A stretch of DNA of 64,000 nucleotides from Scyliorhinus canicula. Taxonomy: Eukaryota. A program made the translations under genes and the position numbers. The stretch spans positions 678,363 to 742,362 of the forward strand of contig NW_024055478.1 of assembly GCF_902713615.1 (NCBI RefSeq), read 5' to 3'. Under the pieces are notes generated by a model that worked only from the letters and a program-made list of their open reading frames with translations, was not told the origin of the DNA and did no database searches. Shown here piece after piece: positions 33,880 to 45,574 of this stretch (its first letter is position 1; each line of letters opens with the position of its first letter).

Positions 33880-35350
33880 TGTACCTTCACTTCCCAACAA
33901 TGAGCGGAGAAGGGGCATTAGTCAATCAATTATCACCCCACTTCACAAACAAAGAGAGGGACAGAGGCATTAGTTAATCCACTAATGCCCCCGTATTCTC
34001 AACAAAGAAAGGGGGCGGATTAGGCAATCCACTGTACTCCCACTTCCCCAACAGAGTGGGAGAGGGGAATTAATCAATCGATTGTACTCCAACTTCCCCA
34101 ACACAGAGTGGGAGAGGGGAATTAGTCAATCCACTGTACCCCCACTTCCCCAACACAGAGTGGGAGAGTGGAATTAGTCAATCCACTGTACCCCCACTTC
34201 CCCAACACAGAGTGGGAGAGGGGAATTAGTCAATCCATTGTACACCCACTTCCCCAACACAGAGTGGGAGAGGGGAATTAGTCAATCCATTGTGCCCCCA
34301 CTTCCTCAACACAGAGTGGGAGAGGGGAAATAGTCGATCCATTGTACCCCCACTTCCCCAACACAGAGTGGGAGAGGGGAATTAGTCAATCCATTGTACC
34401 CCCACTTCCCCAACACAGAGTGGGGGTATTGGTTAATCCACTCTACCCCCATTGCCCAAAAGAGAGTGGGGGTGGGTATTAGTGAATCCACTTTATCCCC
34501 ACTGCCCAATAAAGAGTGGGGGTATTAGTTAATCCACTCTTCCTCCACCGGCCAGCAAAGAGCGGGGGGGGGGGGATTAGTTAATCTACTCTACCCCAAC
34601 TGCCCAGCAAAGAGCGGGGATGTTAGTTAATCCACGCTACCCCAACTGCCCAGCAAAGAGCGGGGGTATTAGTTAATCCACTCTACCCCCACTGCACAAC
34701 AAAGAGGGGGATATTAGTCAATCCACTCTATACCCGTTCTCCAACAACGATCGGGGGTATTAGTTAATCCACTCTACCCCCACTGCCTAACAAAGAAAGA
34801 GGGGGGGGGGGACTGGTGCAGCCACTGTCCCCTAACCTCCCCAACAACGAGTGGTTTAGGGCTATTAATAATAATCTTTCTTAGTGTCACAAGTAGGTTT
34901 ACATTAAAATTGCAATTAATTACTGTGAACATCCCCTTTTGTTAACCCACTTTCCCAACGAAGAGAGGGGGAGGGGCATTAGTCAACCCACTGTACCCCT
35001 CACATGCCCAAGCAAGAGGCAGGGGCATTAGTTATGCACTGTTCCCCCACTAGCCCATCAAAGAGAGGGGAGGGACATTAGTTAATACATTGTGCCCCCA
35101 CCTCCCCAACATTGAGAGGGGGAGGAGCATTAGTTAATTCACTGTCCCTCTTATTTCCCTAACGTAGAGAGGTGAAGGGGCGGTGGGGAAGGCCCCCACC
35201 AACAAAGACACCTGCATTATTTAATGCACTCTAACCCACTTCCCCCAACAAACAGAAGAGGAGTGACATTATTTGACCAAATGCATCCATATATCCCCAA
35301 GAAAGAGCGGGAGAGGTGCATTATTCAACCCATTGTATTCTCACTACCCA
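33880..35350 (+). repeat. Minisatellite, 52-bp core units grading into about 46-bp diverged units
   Basis: CCACTGTACCCCCACTTCCCCAACACAGAGTGGGAGAGGGGAATTAGTCAAT; unit starts at 34131 and 34183 (period 52); about 8 close copies between 34030 and 34420. Confidence 0.92.
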
Positions 35351-35404
35351 ACATAGAAAACTGACGAAGAAATCGTTAACTGATTTTGTTTCTAAGTCAC
35401 CAAG

Positions 35405-35715
35405 AAAAATAATAATTAAATGTATTATTGTCATAAGTGGACTCACATTAACACTGGAATGAAGTTACTGTGAAAAGCCCCCAGTCGCCACATTCCGGCG
35501 CCTGTTCGGGTAAACAGAGAGAATTCAGAATGTCCAATTCACCAAACAGCACGTCTTTCGGGACTTGTGGGAGGAAACCGGAGCACCCGGAGGAAACCCA
35601 CTCAGACACAGGGAGAACGTGCAGACTCTGCTCAGACAGTGACCCTAGCGGGAATCGAACATGGAACTCCAGCGCTGTGAAGCAACAGTGCTACCCACTG
35701 TGCTGCCATGCCGCC
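35405..35715 (-). mobile_element. tRNA-derived SINE (second tail type)
   Basis: Head and core plus GTGGCGACTGGGGGCTTTTCACAG tail. Confidence 0.85.
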
Positions 35716-35989
35716 CATAGGAGAATCGCATTAGATGACGCATTGCACCACCATATTCTCAACACACAGAATGGAAAGGAAAATTCCTTTCGAGGGGGCG
35801 AAACAATGAACTCACTGTCCTCCCACTCCCCCAGCCGAGAGTTCGGAAGGCCGGAAGAACACAGCTTTCAACAATGCAAGTCATTTCGAACTTCGTGGTC
35901 GTGTTTTCTTCTTCCATCAGGCCAATCCTAGTGTGTAAAATATATCTTAAAACAGGACAATTTCTAAATCAAATAATGCTCCATTTCCT

Positions 35990-36900
35990 GTTAGTCATGT
36001 GCTAACACACGCAGACACGCACACAATACACACATATACACACGCACACACAGAAATGCACACATACGCGTGCACATGCAGATACACACACATATAAACG
36101 CAGATATGTTAAACAAGACAAGCAGACTCACACAAGGATATAAAACACAGTTGGAACCATCATCATATGCAGCAGCACATAGTGAGAAGACAGTAACACA
36201 GACATGAAGATATACACTGCCACCCACATTAGCACACATATATGGGCACATGGAGAAGCACATTAACAGCTTACACACGGATAAAGAAAGACATACATGA
36301 ATACAGCAGAGCATTCGGATGCACACAGTTAAATGCAAACATTAGCGTGCTCATACACGAGAGGACACGAAAACACACATTAGAACATAGAACATAGAAC
36401 AGTACAGCACAGAACAGGCCCTTCATGTTGTGCCGAGCAATCATCACCATACTCAAACCCACGTATCCGCCCTATACCCGTAACCGAACAACGTGCTGCC
36501 CAGTACACAGGGGACGTATATATTTCAAAACATAGTCATATAAATATATCAATGCATACATACACGTATTAACACATCAACACAGACGTATATACGCGCG
36601 CACAGACACACACACTCGCATAAACATTCGTATATTGATTGATATGTGGTGCAGAAGGAAACATATCACTACCTATATACCAGGCCAGAACACATAAGCG
36701 CGCATTAACACAACTCTGAATAAATAAACATAGACTTCAATACAAAATATCTCATTCATACAGAAACATAGACAGAAGCACGAAATGCACAGACAATCAC
36801 ACAGGTTAAAACTCATGGCACATGAACAATGAAATGAACGCTCATAAACACACCTTGACAGACAAACCGTTCAAGGCAAATCATGAGTTAGTTCAGCATT
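35990..36900. repeat. (CA)/(TA)-rich low-complexity tract
   Basis: Degenerate ACAC/ATAC runs. Confidence 0.8.
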
Positions 36901-37229
36901 AAAGACAAACGACGAGATAACAGTATATTTCTAATATAACATTTGATGGGCATATTCACAAAAACCTATCCCCATTTCATAATGATCCCACAAACGCACA
37001 AGTGTTTCCATTACCATAAACAACTAAGACAGGAACTGACGTCCGAATTCTTAGCAGAAATATTACAGTTTTCAAAGAAGCTCAGTGAACTTCCCTCAAT
37101 ATCAATCGTAATAATCTCACATTGTAACAAATTGTTCGAAAATAAACTGAAACTAAATAAAAGCTGCCATGCTTTCGACACGGACTGTTTGAGGAACGTA
37201 AAGGAAGAAGAGCTGTGTAGACAGTGACA

Positions 37230-38670
37230 GAGATCGGTTTCTGAGTGGCACGAACTCAACAGAGTGGGGATAAAGGGATCTTTTTCATGATGCCAGGCGG
37301 TGACTAGAGGTGTGCCTCAGGGGCCAGTGCTTGGACCACAACTTTTCACAGTATACATTAATGATCTTGAAGAACATGATGTGGAGATGCCGGCGTTGGA
37401 CTGGGGTGAGCACAGTAAGAAGTCTTACAACACCAGGTTAAAGTCCAACAGGTTTGTTTCAAACACGAGCTTTCGGAGCACGGCTCCTTCTTCAGGTGAA
37501 TGGGCATTCACCTGAAGAAGGAGCCGTGCTCCGAAAGCTCGTGTTTGAAACAAACCTGTTGGACTTTAACCTGGTGTTGTAAGACTTCTTACTGTGATCT
37601 TGAAGAAGGAATTGAAGGCACCGTTGCTAAGTTTGCAGATGATACAAAGATCTGTAGAGGGGCAGATAGTATTGAGGAACGGGGGGGGGGGGGGGGGGGA
37701 GAGAGGTGTAGACGGACCTGGAGAGGCTAGGAGTGGGCAAAGAAGTGGCAGATGGAATACAATGTGGGAAAGTGTGAGATTATGCTCTTTGGAAGCAGAA
37801 ATTGAGGCATAGGCTATTTTCTAAATGGGAAGATGCTTAAGAAAACAGAAGCACAAAGGGACTTGGGACTCCTTGTTCACGATTCTCTTCAGGTTAACGT
37901 GTAGGTTCAGTCGGCAATAGGAAGGCAAATGCAATGTCAGCATTTATGTCAGAAGGGCTAGAATACAAACCACGGGTGGACTTCTGAGGCTATATTCCCG
38001 TACCAGCCTCCCCGAACAGGCGCCGAAATGTGGCGACTAGGGGCTTTTCACATTAACTTCATTTTGAAGCCAACTTGTGACAATAAGCGATTTTCATTTC
38101 TTAAGGCTCTGGTCAGATCCCATTTGGAGTATTGTGAGCAGTTTTGGTCCCTGTATCTAAGAAAGGATGTGGTGGCCTTGAAAAGGGTCCAGAGGAGGTT
38201 CACAAGAATGATCCCTGGAATGAAGAACTTGTATGAGGAACGGTTGAGGACTCTGTGTCTGTACTTGTTGGAGTTTAGAACGATGAGGGGTGATCTTATT
38301 GAAACTTACGGGATATTGCGAGGCCTGGATAGAGTGGACGTGGAGAGGATATTTCCACTTGGAGAAAATCTAGAAGCAGAGAACACACTCTCAGACTAAA
38401 GAGACGATGCTTTAAAACAGAGATGAGGAGGAATTTCTTCAGGCAGAGGGTGGTGAATCTGTGGAACTATTTGCCGCAGAAGGCTGTGGAGGCCAAATCA
38501 CTGAGTGTCTTTAAGACAGAGATAGATAGGTTTTTGATCGATTAGTGGATCAGGGGTCATGGGGAGAAGGCAGGAGAATGGGGATGCGAAAAATATCGGC
38601 CATGATTGAATGGCGGAGCAGACTCGATGGGACGAGTGGCCTAATTCTGCTCCTATATCTTATGGTCTTA
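37230..38670 (+). mobile_element. Decayed CR1 ORF2 3' half with nested insertions
   Basis: GVPQGPVLGPQLFTVYINDLEE...GTVAKFADDTKI...LVRSHLEYCEQFW...RGDLIETY and CR1 tail. Confidence 0.9.
37375..37596. mobile_element. Penelope-type palindromic insertion with 13-bp target-site duplication
   Basis: 92-bp perfect arms 37411-37502 and 37505-37596; TGATCTTGAAGAA duplicated at 37362-37374 and 37595-37607. The Penelope assignment is from memory. Confidence 0.8.
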
Positions 38671-38807
38671 TAGAAGATATAAAATGATTATTAAATTCGG
38701 GAATATATTACTCACTTAAGAAAGATAAAAGATAATATGTATAATAACACAAGATATCCTGGAAGGGAACACAATTTAACTACATTTCCTCGGCTCCATC
38801 CTCGTAG

Positions 38808-38935
38808 ATAACACAGACCACACCTGGACGGAAGACTATGAGGATGATAACGGCAACATCTGGACAACCGCTTCCACATTCATCACCCTGTTCTTCCTGA
38901 GCATGTCGTACGGCACAGCAGTCACTCTGGTGAAG
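38808..38935 (+). CDS. IGHM: IgM membrane exon TM1
   Basis: CTCGTAG|AT...: DNTDHTWTEDYEDDNGNIWTTASTFITLFFLSMSYGTAVTLVK, donor GTGAGA. Confidence 0.95.
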
Positions 38936-39074
38936 GTGAGAAGATTCAATCCACTCACACTTAAAACTGACAGCAGCAGTTTGAAAACTCATTGCAGTTT
39001 TCATTGATTACAAAATCTAACACTAATGCCCTAGATCACAAACATCTGCTTTGTTATTTAATCTTCTTTTACAG

Positions 39075-39083
39075 ATTAAGTGA
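39075..39083 (+). CDS. IGHM: IgM membrane exon TM2
   Basis: TTTTACAG|ATT AAG TGA (Ile-Lys-stop); AATAAA at 39463 and 39481. Confidence 0.88.
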   Translation: MK

Positions 39084-39762
39084 CCGGTTGAATTTTGGAG
39101 ATCGTAGATTTTCATCAGCTCTTCATCAATATCTCTATTACGAATTCATAATATGTCCCTGGTGATCTTAAAATGTTTCTCAGTTTGCAATATAAGTAAT
39201 AATATAGATGTATTGTAATTTTAGCTTATAATTGTTCTGTAGTTTGATTTCCATTTGTAAATAAGTAACATTTTTTCACTCCTTATTCGCAATTATTGCC
39301 TTCCTTTTATGAGTTCCTGTTCTCTCTTTCTAGTGTATGTTGCAGATGTATTTGACAGCTCAGAGCGGATGTGTTCTGCTCGTAGTGCGACGCTCAATTG
39401 GTATATTCTCTTTTGTTAATTTGAAAATGAACTTTTCTGCAATTATTTCTCAGAATCTTTGAAATAAATCCTAAATGAACAATAAACTGATTGTGACTTT
39501 GCTGAACTCCTGTCTCCAAAGCCCCTTTGTGCCGATCCATTTTCCCATTGCACTCATTTCACTTATACTCTGGTCAGTCACAGTTCCACGTCAGAACAGC
39601 GGGTACTCTGCTTCATCAGAGACCGATACAGGGTAATGAATGGGAGAAGAATGGTGTCCTTCACAGTGACAATCAAGACACTACCAGATTAGCTGCAGCA
39701 CGGGTTAACACTCTCCATGTTGGCCAAATAAATAATTCCCAGGCTATATTCAACAATGCCGA

Positions 39763-40096
39763 CAGAACATAGAACAGTACAGGCCCTTCGGCCCTCAATG
39801 TTGTGCCAAGCCATGATCACGCTACTCAAACCCACGTATCCACCCTATACCCGTAACCCAACAACCCCCCCCCCCCTTAACCTTACTTTAATTAGGACAC
39901 TACGGGCGATTTAGCATGGCCAATCCACCTAACCCGCACATCTTTGGACTGTGGGAGGAAACCGGAGCACCCGGTGGAAACCCACCCACACAGGGGGAGG
40001 ACGTGCAGACTCCACACAGACAGTGACCCAGCCGGGAACCTGGGACCCTGGAGCTGTGAAGCATTTATGCTAACCACCATGCTACCCTGCTGCCCC
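39763..40096 (-). mobile_element. Young HE1-like SINE
   Basis: Near-identical to 8336 and 22045; a further diverged SINE follows at about 40240-40565. Confidence 0.9.
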
Positions 40097-40889
40097 GGAG
40101 GTACATATCAAGGAGTGAACCCTAGACGCTGGGACGTATATCACACAACAAATAATTGAGTACTAATTCCCACATTATTACCAGAATTTCGGGCCAAGAC
40201 AGACACCAGGGAACAAAAACGGTGGAAATTCCGAGTTGGATTCCCTACAGTGCAGAAGATGGCCATTTGGCCCATTGAGCCTACATCGACCCTCAGAAGG
40301 AGCACCCAACCTCGGCCCATTTTCCCACCCCTGTAACCCATAACCCCACCTAACCTTTGGACACTAAGCGGCAATTTAGCATAGCCAATGCACATAACCG
40401 CATATCTTTGGACGGCGGGAGGAAACAGGAAGTCCCAGAGGAAAGCCACGCAGACTCGGGAGAACATGCAAACACCACACAGATAGTTACCCAAGGTCGG
40501 AATTGAACCCGAGTCCTTGGCGCTGTCAGGCAGCAATGCTGACTGTGCCACTGTGCGGCCCATGACACTCGTTAATCAGACACAATAAAGAAGCAGGAAA
40601 CATGGGAATTGTTCCCAGCGAATAATACCTATCTAATCCAGAGCCTGAAGCTTGCATTTTCTTGGAAACATACAAATAGACGCTTTGTCACCCTGTTCTG
40701 GTACAGACGTCAACTGAATTTTAAGGTAAATACACTATCTGACGGCTGCAAGCTTTACATTTTGTACCCATTAATACTGACTCTGCCTGAATTTGCGGGG
40801 ATGCATTTATCTATAATAAACTGCATTCCCTCTGATACCTAGCCCTGAACGCGTGAAATACCAGCCAGGCATATCCCTGCTCAACTCTG

Positions 40890-41290
40890 TGATACCACCT
40901 CGCAGAACTCACTGAACATCACCCCAGGGATACTATTCAGGTCCCTCTGACACCATCCCCCTGAGCTCACTGAACATCATCCCAGGGATCTTCTCACCTT
41001 GCTCCAATCCCTCTGACACCATCCCGTGAACTCACTGAACCTCACCATAGGGATCCTCTCTCCCTGCTCCATTCCCTATGATACCATCCCCCTGAACTCA
41101 CTGAGCATCATCCCAGGGATCCTCTCTCCCGGCTCCATTCCCTGATACCATCCCCCTGAACTCACTGACCATCACCCCAGGGATCATCACTCCCGCTCCA
41201 TTCCCTCTGATACCATCCCCCTGAACTAGGGGAACATCGCCGTAGAGATCCTGTCGCCGTGCTCTCTGCCGTCTGAATCCATCCCCCTGC
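40890..41290 (+). repeat. Minisatellite, about 58-66 bp unit
   Basis: CTCACTG unit starts at 40908, 40966, 41031, 41097 and 41161. Confidence 0.85.
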
Positions 41291-41779
41291 ACTCATTTCA
41301 GGGAATCTATCTTCCTCAGATCAAAATAAATAAAAGTCCCCGAGGACCATAGGCTGCTTTGCCTTTTTGCGAGAGAGGTGACTTGTGGTGATTTTATCTG
41401 AGAGTCACTGCACCTCAGCCGAGGGGCAAGGCTGAGAAGGCGTTGCTTTGATTTATCACATCAGCCTGGGCACTAATTGAACTCAGGTTGTCTGCTTCAC
41501 AACCAGCCAGCCATCCAACAGAACTAGCGACTCCCTCACTCTGATACTCTCTCTGTAAACTTACTGGGCACCATTCCAGGGATGCTCTCTGCCTGCTCAA
41601 TTCCCTCTGATACAATCTCCCGAAATTAACTGAACATCCCTGTGATCTGTCTTATTTTCATCTGCTCACTGACCGTCAGGGACATCTACACAGAGGACAG
41701 GCGAGCGACCTTAGAGGAACGAGGCAGAGACTGCAGCTGCCCAGCGGGGACGAACTTTTTCACCTACAGGTTAAGAACC

Positions 41780-42770
41780 TTCTCTGCAAGGAGGCTACAG
41801 CTAACCCACGGACCCCGAGAAGCACAATGTTAGAGGGAATACTGTACTTGTGTAACCTGAGAGGGGGGACTCCGGGGACCTGTATCGACAACTATTAGAA
41901 AGGATACACTCCCCACTGGACGAAACACGGGAAAAATGTGAGAAAGAACTATGGGTGGAAATAGGATGGGGACTCTGGGGCGAAGCCCTGAACAGGGCCA
42001 ACTCCACCTCTGCTTGCACAAGGCTACGACTCATGCAAATGAACGTGGTGCATAGGGCGCACCTGACAAGGATTCGAAAGAACAGTTTCTTCCTGGAGGT
42101 GGAGGACAGATGTGAACGGTGCCAGAAAGGCCCTATCAACCACACTCACATGTTCTGGGCATGCCCCAGACTTGACGTGTTTTGGACAGCCTTAATCGAG
42201 GCAATGTCCAACGTTATGGGGGTGAGGGTGGATTGGTGCCTGGGGAATGGCAATCTTCGGGCTTTCGGACCAGCCAGAACTATTTCAGGACCGTTACGAA
42301 GTCAACAGCCAAAAGAGCGAGGAGAAGTGTGTGGTTGGGGGGGGGGGGGAAGCAAACGCGACACCAGGGAACAGATTGGGAGGAAAGTTGGGGGAGGCAG
42401 GCGAGGGAGGCTGGGGCATGGATAATAGGGGGCCGAGAGTAAGAGCACAAAGAACAGAACCCCCAAAGAAACACCGAAAATGGGTCGGTGGGGTGTGAGT
42501 GGGAGCGGGGCCAATTGGCAAAGTGAGGGAGGGGAAGGCGAAGGGGAAAGAGCTGCATATATTTAAATAGGTGACATTCACCTATCTGTAAGATATGCAA
42601 TCGAATAAATCATATCAAGACAACAAAAACGTGGGGGTGGTCAAGGAGTGGGTGGGGGAGGGTGGAATGTTCTTGTATATTTTACCCGATACACATACCC
42701 TTGTCTATTGTATAGTGTGTGAAATCAAAAGCAACAACTGCAATAAAACTATTTTTAAAAATCGTTTACA
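41780..42770 (+). mobile_element. L1-clade 3' fragment
   Basis: RANSTSACTRLRLMQMNVVHRAHLT...RCERCQKGPINHTHMFWACPRL (L1 C-terminal zinc-finger-like region). Confidence 0.85.
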
Positions 42771-43001
42771 TCTGCTATTGAACGTGCAATGTGGTTTGTT
42801 CGACCACATTTTCCCTGCTATTTCATGTTAATTCTGAATGCTGGAATACAAGATTTGTGTTCAAATAGTTTAATGTTTCTGTATCTATTATAAAGTTTAT
42901 TTTGTTCAGGGTCGTGAATTATTGTGGCTTTATCATCTTAGTAAGCAAGTGTGATTTCATACTTTATCTACTTTGAAACATATTAATAGTCCTTAACTTG
43001 A

Positions 43002-43915
43002 TCATGAAACATCGTTTAACTTAAAGCAACTGGTGAAAATGGCGAAGGGAAACATGAGCAACTTCTTCAGCTCATTTCGGAACTTGGTCTGGGCTACTGC
43101 ATAGATGAAGGTGCTGTTGCAGGAACTGAGTAACTGAAGCATGTTGGTCGTTTCTTGAAATATGAAGTGTGGGTCATTGAAATCCAGACCGGTGAAGTAG
43201 GCCTCACCTGTAACCCGAACGTATAGGAAATGTCCAACATATGTGACCCACAGGAGGAGGAAGCTGAGCGAGATGGCCAAGAGCAGGACAATCGACTTCT
43301 TGCGGTTGGCTATCTCTGGATCTCCGTCACTCTCTGAGCCCTTCAGCCTCATGCGGGCTCTGCTGGCCTCTACAATGTGCCTTACAGTCAGGGCGTTGAG
43401 CATCAGAATAAAGAAGAACGGAAGAAAAGGGGTTAATATGTGGTCGAGCCAGTCATAAGCTTGCCACGATGTGATCGTGTAATAGCTGGACTTAATATCA
43501 CAGAACCAGGGAATCTCGTCCAATATGTACAAGGGCTGGTAGGTGAAGTCAAAATGGATGTTCTTGACGTAGCTCAAGGTAATGACCATTCCTATGACCA
43601 GCAGTGCAGTTTTCTCGGTGCAGTATCTGGTCTTCAGTCTCTGACAGCAGATGGATACAAACCGGTCGAAGGTGAAGGCCACGGTCAGCCATACTGAACC
43701 ATCACGGGTCGCATAAACGAGCACGGTGCTGACAGCGCATCCGGGGGTGGTCGATAGGACGCTGTATCTAAAGTAAATGCCACCAACCCGGTTGAGGATA
43801 ACAGCGGTGACCATGACAAGGGAATCAGTCACTGCTATCGCTACCAGGTAGTAGGTGATACACCGAGAGAGTCCGCACCGTCCTCGGGATAGGATGATGA
43901 TCGCCATCAAGTTGG
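43002..43915 (-). CDS. Orphan rhodopsin-family GPCR (shark GPR139-like type), exon 2
   Basis: Acceptor TACAG|CC; ANLMAIIILSRG...YLVAIAVTD...DRFVSIC...HILTPFLPF...TFIY; remaining TM helices, intact to the stop at 43002. Confidence 0.9.
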
Positions 43916-44410
43916 CTGTAATAGAGAAAAGAGAGAGGCGTCACTGAGCGGACTCCAAAAACCAGCGATTCCCTGATCCATTCCGCTACCGAATCCCTCC
44001 TGACCTGTCCATTTCGCACCTCCAGATTTCAATTATTGCAAAACCATTACTGCTTGATGCAAATCCAATGCTGGATTAAACGTTTGTCAATTCATAAAAT
44101 ATCACAATCAGTCCCTGCAACAAACTCCGCTCTCTGGCCACTGGGTCCATTCCCGTGGCTGGCCATCCTCTAAAGTTAGAGACCATTTACAATATTCAAG
44201 TCTTGTTTGACCGTGGGCTGAACTTCCAAACGCCCACATTCCCAAACCCGTCGGTCATAAGCACCAACACTGCATACTTCGACATTTCTCCACAGCCTAT
44301 GGTATCGCCGGTCTGAAAGTCTGCCTTAGCTTAAGAGCTATTCAAACCCTTATTTACCACTTTCATATGTCTATCCTTCCAATTTGCATCGCCAGTGAAC
44401 TCAACTGAAA

Positions 44411-44760
44411 GGGGCGGTACGGTAGCATAGTGGTTAGCACAGTTGCTTCACAGCTCCAAAGTCTGAGGTTCCATTCCCGGCTTGGGTCACTGTCTGTGCA
44501 GAGTCTTCACATCTCCCCGTGTCTGCGTGGGTCTCCTCCGGGTGCTCCGGTTTCCTCCTACATTCCAAAGATGTGCAGGTTAAGTGCATTGGCCATGCGA
44601 AATTGCCCTTACGTGTCCAGGAAGTTTGGGTGGGGTTACTGGGTAACGGGGATACGGTGGAGGTGTGGGCTTGGGTGGGGTGCTCTTTCCAAGGGCCGGT
44701 GTAGACTCGATGGGCCGAGTGGCCTCCTTGTGCACTGTAAATGCTATGATTCAATGATCC
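44411..44760 (+). mobile_element. HE1-like SINE in the GPCR intron
   Basis: GGGGCGGTACGGTAGCATAGTGGTTAGC head through the GGGCCGAGTGGCCTCC tail. Confidence 0.85.
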
Positions 44761-45504
44761 AAAACTGTTGTTCCTAATGAATAACTCATACCACATCCCG
44801 TTCAGCCATTGTAAATGTACTGCCTTCGATCACAGCGCCAGGGCCCTGGGTTTAATTCTGACCTTGGGTTACTGTCTGTGGAGTTTTTACTTTCTCACTG
44901 TGTCTGTGTGGTTTCCTCTGGGTGCCTCTCACAGCCCAACGATGTGCAGTTTAGCTGGATTGGCTATTCTAAATTGCCCCTCAGTGTCTAAAGCAGATGT
45001 GTAGGTTAGGTGAGGCTAAGGGGTTATTGGGAAAGCGGAGGGGACTGAGCCTGGGCGCAGTACTCTTTTCAAAGTTTGGTACATGTTCGAATCGCCTCCA
45101 TTTGAACTGATTCTATGATTGCCTAACAAAGCCTCTATTTCAGCATTCTCTTGATTGTTTCACTTACCTCATGCGGCTTATTAGACTAGTCCCTCCCCAT
45201 TCCTGTGCCATCCTGCAGCCCAATAACGATTTGTAGCAAATGTGTTGCACTGTTTAACAATATAACGTCAGTACAATGCTAAACATTATAACTCATATTT
45301 CTGCAGTCTAATAAACAATTGTTCTATAAGTGTGAAGGGTAATTTATTGACCATTTATTGTCCTGCTCTGTAATACAAAATTAAATGATGCACTCTAATA
45401 TATCGTAATGCAGAAACTTTTCAGCACGATCCTTAAAGGGAAGAGATAAGAATTCTGGAGATTCAGAAGAAAAATAAATATTGCAGTTGAGATTCTGCTC
45501 TTAC

Positions 45505-45574
45505 CTGGGAAACCAATAATAGCGAGTGCCGGGTAATAAATGGCAGAAAATGGTCCATTCGCTGGTCCATGCAT
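45505..45574 (-). CDS. GPCR exon 1
   Basis: MHGPANGPFSAIYYPALAIIGFP plus G|GTAAGA; splices in frame to exon 2 (G|CC = Ala), giving about 327 aa. Confidence 0.85.

Noticed and set aside
33880-35350. Regularly spaced repeats that could be mistaken for a CRISPR array
   Set aside because: Head-to-tail units with no unique spacers, a vertebrate context and no cas genes.
20844-39083. Calling the heavy chain IgW, IgNAR or nurse-shark IgM1gj itself
   Set aside because: Four C domains, the Cmu1 SSC motif and the IgM tailpiece indicate IgM. Cmu2 and TM exons are present, unlike the described three-domain IgM1gj, and orthology cannot be shown without a phylogeny.
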